Of a DNA stretch of 64,000 bases, positions 39,305 through 48,219 are shown in pieces. Below the pieces are notes generated by a model. It was not told where the DNA came from. It saw only the letters and a program-made list of their open reading frames with translations, and did no database searches. Both the position numbers and the translations under genes were made by a program. Positions within the stretch are counted from its first letter, which is position 1, and every line of letters begins with the position of its first letter. The stretch comes from Rickettsiales bacterium (GTDB lineage Bacteria; Pseudomonadota; Alphaproteobacteria; Rickettsiales; JABIRX01): positions 29,214 through 93,213 of the forward strand of contig JAWUXM010000016.1 in NCBI GenBank assembly GCA_034111325.1. The letters are read 5' to 3'.

Positions 39305-39379
39305 TGGTGACCCCTACGGGATTTGAACCCGTGCACCAAGCGTGAAAGGCTTGTGTCCTAACCACTAGACGAAGGGGCC
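39305..39379 (-). tRNA. tRNA-Glu (anticodon UUC), CCA encoded
   Basis: The reverse complement GGCCCCTTCGTCTAGTGGTTAGGACACAAGCCTTTCACGCTTGGTGCACGGGTTCAAATCCCGTAGGGGTCACCA folds as a cloverleaf: a 7-bp acceptor stem, anticodon loop CTTTCAC, and T-loop TTCAAAT. Confidence 0.92.
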
Positions 39380-39421
39380 TTATAAGTGGATGTCGCTTTT
39401 TACAGGCTAAGAGACTTAAAA

Positions 39422-40231
39422 TCAAGAAATTATAAAAGAAAGGTGAATACCCATAGAGTTTTCACCATTTTTAGTTGCGCGACGATATGAAAAACAATTC
39501 TCCACATCAGCAAATGTATCAATCTCTACCATGTCAATTTTAGCAATTTTCTCTTCTTCTAGCTTCTGCTTTACATAAAATTTTAAAGCAAATTGATATT
39601 TCCCATCTGTTTTACCAGCTGTAAAAAACTTCTCATTATCTACTGATTGTCCAATAAAACGCTGGCGGAAGTCAATATCCACCTCATAGGATTCTTGAGC
39701 AATAGATGGCATAATTGCAGCTATGATATGCTCACGCTTGCCGCCTACTTCTTCCATTAAATCTATTGTATTCTTAACAATTCCAGACAAAGCACCTTGC
39801 CAACCGGCATGTGCTGCTGCACTCACTTTGTTTATAGGGTCATATAATAAAACTGGCACACAATCTGCACTTAAAGCGCCAATGGCAATATTAGAGTTTT
39901 TTGTAACTATAGCATCCGCTTCAGGACGCTGATCAACAGACCAAGGCTTGTCACACAAAACTGCGATATTACTATGAATTTGCTTTACTGTAACAATATT
40001 TGGAACTCCAAGGAACTTGCTGGCTAATTGATAATTATCTAAGATATTAGCTAAAGAATCACCGCTATTAAAACCAAAATTTAACGACTCATAGATCCCT
40101 TTACTAACACCGCCCTTTCTAGTAAAAAAACCATGCTTAATATTGTTCTGCCGAAATAATGGACTTTCTATAATTCTAACTTTCAACTTATACCAAGGTT
40201 CATCTTTAAATGTAGTATTTGTTGTAGGCAT
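39422..40231 (-). CDS. pgeF: YfiH/PgeF-family (laccase-domain) purine nucleoside phosphorylase-like protein
   Basis: HGFFTRKGGVS..YESLNFG, SADCVPVLLYD and AAAHAGWQGA. Confidence 0.88.
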   Translation of the reverse strand: MPTTNTTFKDEPWYKLKVRIIESPLFRQNNIKHGFFTRKGGVSKGIYESLNFGFNSGDSLANILDNYQLASKFLGVPNIVTVKQIHSNIAVLCDKPWSVDQRPEADAIVTKNSNIAIGALSADCVPVLLYDPINKVSAAAHAGWQGALSGIVKNTIDLMEEVGGKREHIIAAIMPSIAQESYEVDIDFRQRFIGQSVDNEKFFTAGKTDGKYQFALKFYVKQKLEEEKIAKIDMVEIDTFADVENCFSYRRATKNGENSMGIHLSFIIS

Positions 40232-40386
40232 AAAAGCTAGGGATTTTTGTTAAAAAATATGTAATTAATATCCGTAGATATTGATAAATGTTTTTTGAGA
40301 AAAAGCACAGCTTTACGGCCGACAATCCTACGGACAGCAGTAAAATTAGCGATATAGCGTCGCACATTTAAAGAAGAACCTTGGCA

Positions 40387-40686
40387 TTACTTCTTCGCAT
40401 CTACACATTTTCTTGCTCTTGTATCCCAACATTTGCTTGTACCACAATCACATCCATAAGTAATAGCATAGCTACACCTCCTCGGGCCTATTGAATTTCC
40501 AATAGGGCAATTATTTGCACAGCTATCAGAAAAAAGCCTCCATGTCCCGCCAATGTCATGACAGATTTTTTCAGGCTTTTCTTTGGGCTTACGATTAATG
40601 TTAATATAGGCGGAAGAAGAAACTGCAACAACAAGCAATAACGAAGCAATAATAAATGTTCTCTTTTTAAACATAGAATTCCTCAA
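40387..40686 (-). CDS. Small secreted cysteine-rich protein, unknown function
   Basis: Signal peptide FKKRTFIIASLLLVVAVSSSAY. The mature part is about 70 aa with 8 Cys (CHD..C..NC..C..CDC..CWD..C). Confidence 0.6.
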   Translation of the reverse strand: MRNSMFKKRTFIIASLLLVVAVSSSAYININRKPKEKPEKICHDIGGTWRLFSDSCANNCPIGNSIGPRRCSYAITYGCDCGTSKCWDTRARKCVDAKK

Positions 40687-40708
40687 ATAAATTTGATATA
40701 AAGCCTAT

Positions 40709-43330
40709 CTATAGTTGTTTTTTAAGCAAGGAAAAAGCCTCTTCTACTCCATGAGGATTATTACCACCACCTTGTGCAAACTTTTGATTACCACCACAAC
40801 CTTTACCACCAATGTTTTCAATCACGGCTTTTAATAATTCCACCGCACTATATTTTTCTTTTAATACATCTTCCAACGCAACAACCATTGCAACTTTACC
40901 ATCATTAACTGCAGCTAAGCCTACTAGACCACCATGCTGCTTTAATAAATTATTAGCAATATCACGTAAATCTTTACCATCCACACCATCTAATTTTTGT
41001 GCAATAAATTTAATATTGTTAATTTCCTCTGCTTTGATTTGTGATAAAGTTGCGGTCGCCGACGCACGCTTTAGTTTCCCCAACTCTTTTTCTAAATTCT
41101 TACGCTCAATAATAAGATTTTCAACATTACGCAAAACATCCTGTTTGGCGCTTTTCATATTCTCTGCCAAATGTGCAACCACACCTTCCTGCTCACGCAA
41201 ATATTCAAAGGCCTTGCGTGCTGTTAACGCTTCAATCCTGCGTACTCCTGATGCAACCGAACCTTCGGAAATAATTTTAAACAAGCCAATATCACCAGTA
41301 CGCTCAACATGCGTTCCGCCACATAATTCAACTGAGAAATTATTATTACTCCCTTCATCAACTCCCATTGATAATACCCGCACCTTATCACCATATTTTT
41401 CGCCAAAAAGCGCCATGGCGCCTAGCTTGTTTGCTTCATCAATATCTGTTTCTAAAATCTGCACTGCTTGATTCTGACGAATATAAAAATTGACCATATC
41501 CTCCACTTGCACTAGGTCATCAAGGCTTAAAGGCTTGTTTTGTGAAAAATCGAAACGTAGAACGTCTGCCGAAACTAAAGAGCCCTTTTGGGTTACATGA
41601 TCTCCCAAAACTTCACGCAGAGCTTTATGTAACAAATGTGTTGCAGAGTGGTTTGCTTTTATACGACGCTGGCGGCGTTCATCAATCTCTAACGTAACCT
41701 TATCACCTATTTTAAAACTACCTTTTTTAACAGTACCAAAATGAACAAATAAATCTCCCGCTAATTTTTTAGTATCAGAAATTTCTATAATATTATTACC
41801 ATTAGTAATGGTACCACGATCACCAACCTGACCACCAGATTCTGCATAAAAACAAGTTTGGTCAGTGACAATCGCCACCTCCTTGCCCTCTTTAACATCA
41901 GACACCTCTTCCCCCGCAATAATCAAGGACTTAACAATAGCTACTAAAGTAGAATTTTCATAACCTTTAAAGGCAGTTGCACCGATTTTGTTTTTCAGTG
42001 CAAACCAAATATTACTATCGGCACTTTCACCAGAACCACTCCAATTACTACGTCCACGCTCTTTCTGAATTTCCATCTCACGCTCAAATTCTGCTTCATC
42101 GACGCTGATGTTACGTGGCCTTAAAATATCCTGCGTTAAATCCAGAGGAAAACCGTAAGTGTCGTATAATTTAAAGGCTACGCTACCGCCTAACTTATCA
42201 CCTGATTTCAAATCAACAGCCTCTTCCTCGAGGATTTTTAAGCCTTTTTCAAGCGTCACTTTAAAGCGTTCTTCTTCATCTTTTAAAGTTTCGACAATTA
42301 ATTTTTGTGCTTTTTTCAACTCTATATAATCATCGCCCATTTCTACAATTAAAGCAGGAACCAAAAGATGCATGAGTGGCTCCCTGCAACCTAACTGATG
42401 TGCATGACGCATAGCACGGCGCATGATACGACGCAGAATATAACCGCGCCCCTCGTTGGACGGCAACACGCCATCAGCGATTAAAAACGCCGAAGAGCGC
42501 AAATGATCCGCAATTACTCGATAAGAAACTTCATCACCTTTTGTTTTGCTAATTTTTTTGATAGCAGAGATTAGGTTTTTGAACAAATCAATATCATAGT
42601 TATTATGTACGCCCTGCATAACCGCAGCGATGCGCTCTAAACCCATCCCTGTGTCAATTGCTGGTTTTGGGAGGTCGATTCTTTTGCCATTTTCTAATTT
42701 TTCATATTGCATAAAAACAAGATTCCAAATTTCAATATAGCGATCTCCCTCATCGCCACTTCCCGGTAAATTGCCTTCTATCTCTTCACCATGATCATAG
42801 AAAATCTCCGAACAAGGGCCACAAGGACCAACATCACCCATTGACCAGAAATTATCATTCGTATCAATACGGATAATTCGCTCATCAGGCAGATTTGCGA
42901 TCTTCTTCCATAAATCAAAAGCTTCGTCATCTGTGTGGTATATTGTTACGACTAACTTTTCAGCTGGCAGGCCAAGCTCGCCATTGATAAAACCCCAAGC
43001 AAAACGAATCGCGTCTTCTTTAAAATAATCCCCAAACGAAAAATTACCCAACATCTCAAAAAATGTGTGGTGGCGTGCGGTGTAGCCAACATTCTCTAAG
43101 TCATTATGCTTTCCGCCAGCACGCACGCATTTTTGCGACGTAACAACAGAAGGTGCTGGTGCTTTTTCCAAACCAGTAAAAATATTTTTAAACTGCACCA
43201 TCCCCGCATTAACAAACATTAATGTCGGGTCATTATGTGGAATTAGCGGTGCTGAAGGTAAAATCTTATGATTATTTTTTGCAAAATAATCGAGGAATGA
43301 TGTACGTATTGCGCGAACAGAATTTTTCAT
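40709..43330 (-). CDS. alaS: Alanine--tRNA ligase
   Basis: 873 aa. Class II core FVNAGMVQFK, editing-domain HSATHLLH..CGGTH, and a C-terminal DHHA1-like region. Confidence 0.96.
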   Translation of the reverse strand: MKNSVRAIRTSFLDYFAKNNHKILPSAPLIPHNDPTLMFVNAGMVQFKNIFTGLEKAPAPSVVTSQKCVRAGGKHNDLENVGYTARHHTFFEMLGNFSFGDYFKEDAIRFAWGFINGELGLPAEKLVVTIYHTDDEAFDLWKKIANLPDERIIRIDTNDNFWSMGDVGPCGPCSEIFYDHGEEIEGNLPGSGDEGDRYIEIWNLVFMQYEKLENGKRIDLPKPAIDTGMGLERIAAVMQGVHNNYDIDLFKNLISAIKKISKTKGDEVSYRVIADHLRSSAFLIADGVLPSNEGRGYILRRIMRRAMRHAHQLGCREPLMHLLVPALIVEMGDDYIELKKAQKLIVETLKDEEERFKVTLEKGLKILEEEAVDLKSGDKLGGSVAFKLYDTYGFPLDLTQDILRPRNISVDEAEFEREMEIQKERGRSNWSGSGESADSNIWFALKNKIGATAFKGYENSTLVAIVKSLIIAGEEVSDVKEGKEVAIVTDQTCFYAESGGQVGDRGTITNGNNIIEISDTKKLAGDLFVHFGTVKKGSFKIGDKVTLEIDERRQRRIKANHSATHLLHKALREVLGDHVTQKGSLVSADVLRFDFSQNKPLSLDDLVQVEDMVNFYIRQNQAVQILETDIDEANKLGAMALFGEKYGDKVRVLSMGVDEGSNNNFSVELCGGTHVERTGDIGLFKIISEGSVASGVRRIEALTARKAFEYLREQEGVVAHLAENMKSAKQDVLRNVENLIIERKNLEKELGKLKRASATATLSQIKAEEINNIKFIAQKLDGVDGKDLRDIANNLLKQHGGLVGLAAVNDGKVAMVVALEDVLKEKYSAVELLKAVIENIGGKGCGGNQKFAQGGGNNPHGVEEAFSLLKKQL

Positions 43331-43331
43331 T

Positions 43332-44411
43332 TTATTGATTCATAAATTTGTTAAGTGCATCAAGTAGTTTTTTATTTTCTGTTTCCGTACCAATTGTTAT
43401 ACGCAAATGATTTCTTAAACCATATGATGTGACATCACGTACAATGATACCTTTGTGGCGTAAAAACTCATCGCAATCACTAGCAGCCTTAGCTTTAGTA
43501 AACTCAACTAATATAAAATTAGCTACTGAATCATAGGCTTTTAAACCCATATCATCAATTGCCTCACGCATAATCTTTAACCACTTATTATTGTGGAGGC
43601 GTGACTTTGCTATGAATCTTTGATCACCAAGAGCTGCTATCCCTGCACATTGCGCTGGTGTTGTAACGTTAAATGGGCTACGTACGCGATTTAATATATC
43701 AGTAATTTTAAGGCTTGTATAACACCAACCTAGACGTAGGGCAGCCAAGCCATATATTTTTGAGAAAGTCCGCGTCATGATAACATTGGGAAATTTATCC
43801 ACTAAATTTACCCCTTCCGTATAGTCACTTTCCTCAACATATTCTGCATAAGCCGCATCAATGACAATCATAATGTTACTGGGCACTTCTTTGATAAGTT
43901 CACGCAATTCTTTTTCTTTTAAATAAGAACCAGTTGGATTATTAGGGTTAGCGATAAATATGATTTTAGTTTTATTAGTGATTTTAGCTAACATGTTTTT
44001 AACGCTAGTTTTCATATCAATTTCCTTAGCGGCAACAGCTTTTGCACCAGAAACTAACGCATAAATTTGATACATCAAAAAGCCATGCTCACTATATAAA
44101 ACTTCATCATGTTTTGTGGTAAATACATTTACCAACAAGCCAATTAACTCATCAGAACCAGAGCCACAAACTATGCGGTCAGGGTCTAGATTATAAGTAT
44201 CGGCAATTTTACGGCGTAATTCCAAACAAGAACCGTCAGGGTAACGTGCTAAATCCTTCGCAGCTTTTTCATAAGCTTTGATAGCCTTTTTGCTGCAACC
44301 AAGTGCATTTTCATTTGAGGATAATTTTATGATTTTCTTAACACCAGAAACCTTACTTTCGCCTCCCTTATAAGGTTTTATGCTTAAAATTGATTTATTT
44401 ACTTTCATCAT
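43332..44411 (-). CDS. hisC: Histidinol-phosphate aminotransferase
   Basis: LSSNENALG, PNNPTG, and the PLP Lys context RTFSKIYGLA; 359 aa. Confidence 0.9.
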   Translation of the reverse strand: MMKVNKSILSIKPYKGGESKVSGVKKIIKLSSNENALGCSKKAIKAYEKAAKDLARYPDGSCLELRRKIADTYNLDPDRIVCGSGSDELIGLLVNVFTTKHDEVLYSEHGFLMYQIYALVSGAKAVAAKEIDMKTSVKNMLAKITNKTKIIFIANPNNPTGSYLKEKELRELIKEVPSNIMIVIDAAYAEYVEESDYTEGVNLVDKFPNVIMTRTFSKIYGLAALRLGWCYTSLKITDILNRVRSPFNVTTPAQCAGIAALGDQRFIAKSRLHNNKWLKIMREAIDDMGLKAYDSVANFILVEFTKAKAASDCDEFLRHKGIIVRDVTSYGLRNHLRITIGTETENKKLLDALNKFMNQ

Positions 44412-44688
44412 CGTTACGCTTTTTTAATTCTTTAACGACATCTTCTAATTTGATATTTTTTGCCGAAAGCAAAACCAATAAATGATAAATAAGATCCGAG
44501 GATTCAGAAATTAGCGCTTCATCCGTTTCATCTAAAGCAGCAACGACTGTCTCAACTGCCTCCTCACCAACTTTACGAGCTATATGACCAACGCCATCAT
44601 TGAATAATTTGCAAGTATAGGAAACCGAAGAATCACCACCTTTACGGCTTTCGATTGTATCAAATAGTTCTTGTAAAAATTGTGGCAT
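44395..44688 (-). CDS. hisE: Phosphoribosyl-ATP pyrophosphatase
   Basis: SYTCKLF..KVGEEAVETVVAA..SESSDLIYHLLVLL matches the PRA-PH pattern. ATG at 44688; the track start at 44724 is TTG. It overlaps hisC by 17 nt. Confidence 0.85.
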   Translation of the reverse strand: MPQFLQELFDTIESRKGGDSSVSYTCKLFNDGVGHIARKVGEEAVETVVAALDETDEALISESSDLIYHLLVLLSAKNIKLEDVVKELKKRNDDESK

Positions 44689-44837
44689 ATTGTCTCTCTC
44701 TAATAGGATTAATTGTATAGGCAAAATATCGCATCAAACTGAAAAAGCAAAGCTTATGTAGAGTAATACCATTACTCAAAATTTAGCATTTGAAGTATAT
44801 TAGCATTATATGATAAATGTTTCCTAAGTTATTTAGC

Positions 44838-45010
44838 AAAAAGCGCACAGAAAGACCACGACAATATAAATTAGAAATTTCTGTGATGATTTTTTACAAA
44901 TGTCCTTTGACATTGCAGTGACGTGTATTCTTCATACACGAGCAAAATGGAAAAGGTTATTTGTGAAAAAGGGCACAGAAAGACTAATTTATCAAAAAGA
45001 CTAATTTATT
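44838..45010. repeat. Family-B repeat copy B2, flanked by about 20-bp direct repeats; its end contains the hisF stop codon
   Basis: Left aaaaagcgcacagaaagaccacg, core ..tgtgatgatttttt..cgtgtattcttcatacacg.., right aaaaagggcacagaaagactaatttat. The end segment caaaaagactaatttatt is duplicated. Confidence 0.8.
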
Positions 45011-45762
45011 CGGACGGGGATGTGATTCTTATTCATATATTCTTTGACTTCAGAAACTGAACAAGTACCAAAATGAAAAACTGAAGCAGCTAGTAGGGCA
45101 TCTGCCTTTCCCTCTGTAACTCCATCGACAAAATCTTGTAACTTCCCGACTCCACCAGAGGCAATAATTGGCACACGGACATTCTCACTCATCAACGCGT
45201 TTAATTCATTATCAAAGCCTTTTTTTGTTCCATCACGATCCATCGACGTTACCAACAATTCACCCGCGCCAAGCTCAGCCATTTTCCTTGCCCAGCCAAT
45301 TGCCTCAATCCCCGTTGGCTTGCGCCCACCATGTGTGTATATTTCAAAGGCACCTTGCTTATTTCTTTTTACATCCAACGCTACCACGATACATTGCGCG
45401 CCAAATTTATTTGCTGCATCTTTTACTAATTGTGGATCCCTTACTGCTGCACTATTAATCGCCACCTTATCCGCCCCAGCGAGCAAGATATTGCGTACAT
45501 CCTCAACTGTTCTCACGCCGCCGCCAACTGTAAATGGTATAAAGCATTTCTCAGCAACCTTTTCAACCATTTCATAAGTAGTTTGGCGATTATCAGCTGT
45601 TGCATTAATATCTAAAAAACAAAGCTCATCCGCCCCTGCTTCATTATAGATAATCGCTTGTTCGACAGGGTCACCAGCATGGATAAGATTCTCAAAATTA
45701 ACACCTTTGACAACTTTCCCATCTTTTATATCCAAACATGGAATTATTCGTTTTTTTAACAT
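45001..45762 (-). CDS. hisF: Imidazole glycerol phosphate synthase cyclase subunit
   Basis: [25 protein letters not shown] and SGGVG; 253 aa. Confidence 0.95.
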   Translation of the reverse strand: MLKKRIIPCLDIKDGKVVKGVNFENLIHAGDPVEQAIIYNEAGADELCFLDINATADNRQTTYEMVEKVAEKCFIPFTVGGGVRTVEDVRNILLAGADKVAINSAAVRDPQLVKDAANKFGAQCIVVALDVKRNKQGAFEIYTHGGRKPTGIEAIGWARKMAELGAGELLVTSMDRDGTKKGFDNELNALMSENVRVPIIASGGVGKLQDFVDGVTEGKADALLAASVFHFGTCSVSEVKEYMNKNHIPVRIN

Positions 45763-45773
45763 GTTGGTTTTGC

Positions 45774-46637
45774 CTAATTGTCTTTGATGATTTTAGAAAT
45801 TTCCTTTTCAACCATCTCTTTAACAAGCTTTGGCAGATTATCATCCATCCATTCTTTTAACATAGGTTTCATAAGCTTTACTGATGCAATCTCTTGAATA
45901 ATTTTAGATGTTTCACCAGCTAATTGCGCAGAAATTATTTGCGAAATATCCTCTGATTCTGCTAATTTCTTATCAGGCGTATCATCAGATGGCGTTTCTT
46001 CTATTATCTCTTCATCTGCACTATCCTCGAAACCTAAATCTTGGTCAAGATCTTCACTCGAAAGCAATTGATCACGCCTTCTTTTTAATTCTTGACCTTC
46101 CTCAAGATGATCCAACCCTAAATCACTACCAACCATTCTTGACCAAGCTTCATGCTTATCCTCAACATGTTCTTCGCCCTCATCTTCGTCATCATCACCT
46201 TCGTCATCATCGTCACCCTCATCTTCGTCTTCGTCATCATCGTCACCCTCATCATCATCTTCTTCGTCATCATCGTCACCCTCCTCATCATCTTCTTCGT
46301 CCTCTTCAACCCCTGTATATTCCGCACCATCTTGGTCTTCATTAAGCGCTTCTTCAATTGCTGCTAGCTCAGAAGAAAACCTCCCTTCATCACTCTTAAC
46401 TTCTATTTCTTGTATTTCTTCTACTTCTTCTGTTGCTTGCTGAGTTATTTCAGAAATTGCGCCATCATCCTGCACAGTGCGAGTTAAATTAATAACATCA
46501 TCATCTTCACTAATCTCTTCCTGACCTGTTGGTTTAGACCTATCAATTGCCAAATCATCACCTTCAAGCATTGAGCGAAGTTTCTTGAGGATCTCTTGCG
46601 TATCAGCGGCAGAGCCTGATTGTCCTGTTTTAGTCAT
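45774..46637 (-). CDS. popZ: PopZ-like polar organizing protein (DUF2497) with an expanded hyper-acidic linker
   Basis: The N-terminal helix [16 protein letters not shown] and the C-terminal [31 protein letters not shown] parallel Caulobacter PopZ (MEEILASIRRIISEDD and LLRPLLKEWLDQNLPRIVE), quoted from memory. The central tract is about 60 residues of almost pure D/E/G. Confidence 0.65.
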   Translation of the reverse strand: MTKTGQSGSAADTQEILKKLRSMLEGDDLAIDRSKPTGQEEISEDDDVINLTRTVQDDGAISEITQQATEEVEEIQEIEVKSDEGRFSSELAAIEEALNEDQDGAEYTGVEEDEEDDEEGDDDDEEDDDEGDDDDEDEDEGDDDDEGDDDEDEGEEHVEDKHEAWSRMVGSDLGLDHLEEGQELKRRRDQLLSSEDLDQDLGFEDSADEEIIEETPSDDTPDKKLAESEDISQIISAQLAGETSKIIQEIASVKLMKPMLKEWMDDNLPKLVKEMVEKEISKIIKDN

Positions 46638-46823
46638 ATCACTTCCTTTTTTTGTAGGAGATTATCCATAAGCGAGCATTAGTTTCAAGATTTAAATTCT
46701 GCTCATTAGCTCCATTAGTTTTCATAAGTTTTTACCTATAAAAATTCGAAAGCCCTTATTGATTTTAATTTAATAGGATACTAGCATGAGTTTTCAAGTT
46801 TTATTCAAAAGGAGATCGCCACA

Positions 46824-48212
46824 ATGCAGCAAGATCATACACCCCTATTAATCCGCTCTTTCCTGCTTATAACGCTCTTTTTCTACAGCCATGTTCTTCA
46901 CGCAGACCAATCAATCAACTTCGGCAACAACGTCGTAAACGCCGCAGATAAAGGCTTTACAAATCAAGTCGCTAGCCTGATCGATGCTAGTTATAATATA
47001 AATGCAACTGGCACATTTTCTACTACTGCGCTTATGCGTGCTAGTTATCGTGGTCACTATAAAATAGCTAAATTATTGGTCGAAGCAGGCGCTAAGACTA
47101 ACATGAAAGATCTTGGCGGCGCCACTGCATTACACTTCGCCAGCCGTCAAAACCACCCTAAAATAGTACAATTATTAATTAACCATGGCGCCGACATTAA
47201 CAGCAAAGATAATGAAGGCTGGACACCCTTAATGCGCGCTGCAATTTCAAACTACCCCTCAATAACAAACACCTTACTTAGCAACAAAGCAAATATTGCT
47301 GCACGAAACTATAGCGGCAAAACAGCTTTATACTATGCAATTTATGCAAAGAATCACGAGACCACACAGCAAATATTAGATCGCCTAAGCACCTCAAATA
47401 ATAACGATATTAAAACAGTCAAAAACTCACTCATAATAGCCAAGCGCAAACAGGATCAAGCAACTGCCGTTGTACTATACACCTTCCTACAAGAAGCAGA
47501 TAAAATTGCTAAACAAGAACAAGAAAATCAACGTGTCGCTCAAGAAGCAGAAGAAAAAAGAAAACAAGCAGAAGTAGAGAAAAAACGCATAGCTCAAGAA
47601 AAACGTGAAGCAAAAGAGAAAGCCATAGAGAATGAAAAAAAACGCATCGCAGAAGAAAAACGCAAAGCCATCATAACCTTATCTAACACTGCATTAATTG
47701 CAAAAATTGTACCAACCAAAGCTTTGCAAAACAAAATGCCATGGCTAGTAACAACCGCACCAACTACAACGCTCTCAACTAATTCAGAAATCTCATCTAC
47801 ACTGCCAACTACCACAATTGACGATATGCCATGGAAAAGCACAAATGCTAAAGAACCTGTATCTCTTCTATCAGGGTTGCATTCTAACAATTCCAACAAA
47901 AATCATAAATCTCCGAATATATCACGCCAACAAAAAGCATCGCCACCAATTGCTATCAACAACAAACCTCTTGAATTAAAATATGGTATATATTTTATCC
48001 AGATAGGTTCCTTTCCTACAGCACAGGAAGCTATCAATATCCGTAATCAAGCAGCAAACATTGCCAACACAATAATTATACCAACAACAATAAATGGGAA
48101 AACATTTCATCGCGTGAGAATCGGCCCGTTTGTTAATCGCCGTGCCGCTCGTGAATTCATCCAAACACAAAACATCAAAAATGAATTTGGCTACGCAACG
48201 ATTGTTAAATAG
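46824..48212 (+). CDS. Secreted ankyrin-repeat / coiled-coil / SPOR-domain protein
   Basis: Signal peptide. About 4 ANK repeats (TALMRASYRGHYKIAKLLVEAGA.., GATALHFASRQNHPKIVQLLINHGADIN, GWTPLMRAA..). A K/E-rich coiled coil follows. The C-terminal SPOR-like segment is YFIQIGSFPTAQEA...FHRVRIGPFVNRRAAREF. Confidence 0.75.
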   Translation: MQQDHTPLLIRSFLLITLFFYSHVLHADQSINFGNNVVNAADKGFTNQVASLIDASYNINATGTFSTTALMRASYRGHYKIAKLLVEAGAKTNMKDLGGATALHFASRQNHPKIVQLLINHGADINSKDNEGWTPLMRAAISNYPSITNTLLSNKANIAARNYSGKTALYYAIYAKNHETTQQILDRLSTSNNNDIKTVKNSLIIAKRKQDQATAVVLYTFLQEADKIAKQEQENQRVAQEAEEKRKQAEVEKKRIAQEKREAKEKAIENEKKRIAEEKRKAIITLSNTALIAKIVPTKALQNKMPWLVTTAPTTTLSTNSEISSTLPTTTIDDMPWKSTNAKEPVSLLSGLHSNNSNKNHKSPNISRQQKASPPIAINNKPLELKYGIYFIQIGSFPTAQEAINIRNQAANIANTIIIPTTINGKTFHRVRIGPFVNRRAAREFIQTQNIKNEFGYATIVK

Positions 48213-48219
48213 TCATTCA

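Noticed and set aside
40812-41471. 219-aa plus-strand ORF.
   Set aside because: Antisense shadow ORF inside alaS with no recognisable motifs.
45908-46345. 145-aa His/Arg/Leu-rich ORF, and other small ORFs at 46118-46367.
   Set aside because: These are antisense or off-frame readings of the GAT/GAA-rich acidic tract of the PopZ-like gene. Their composition is a mirror artefact.
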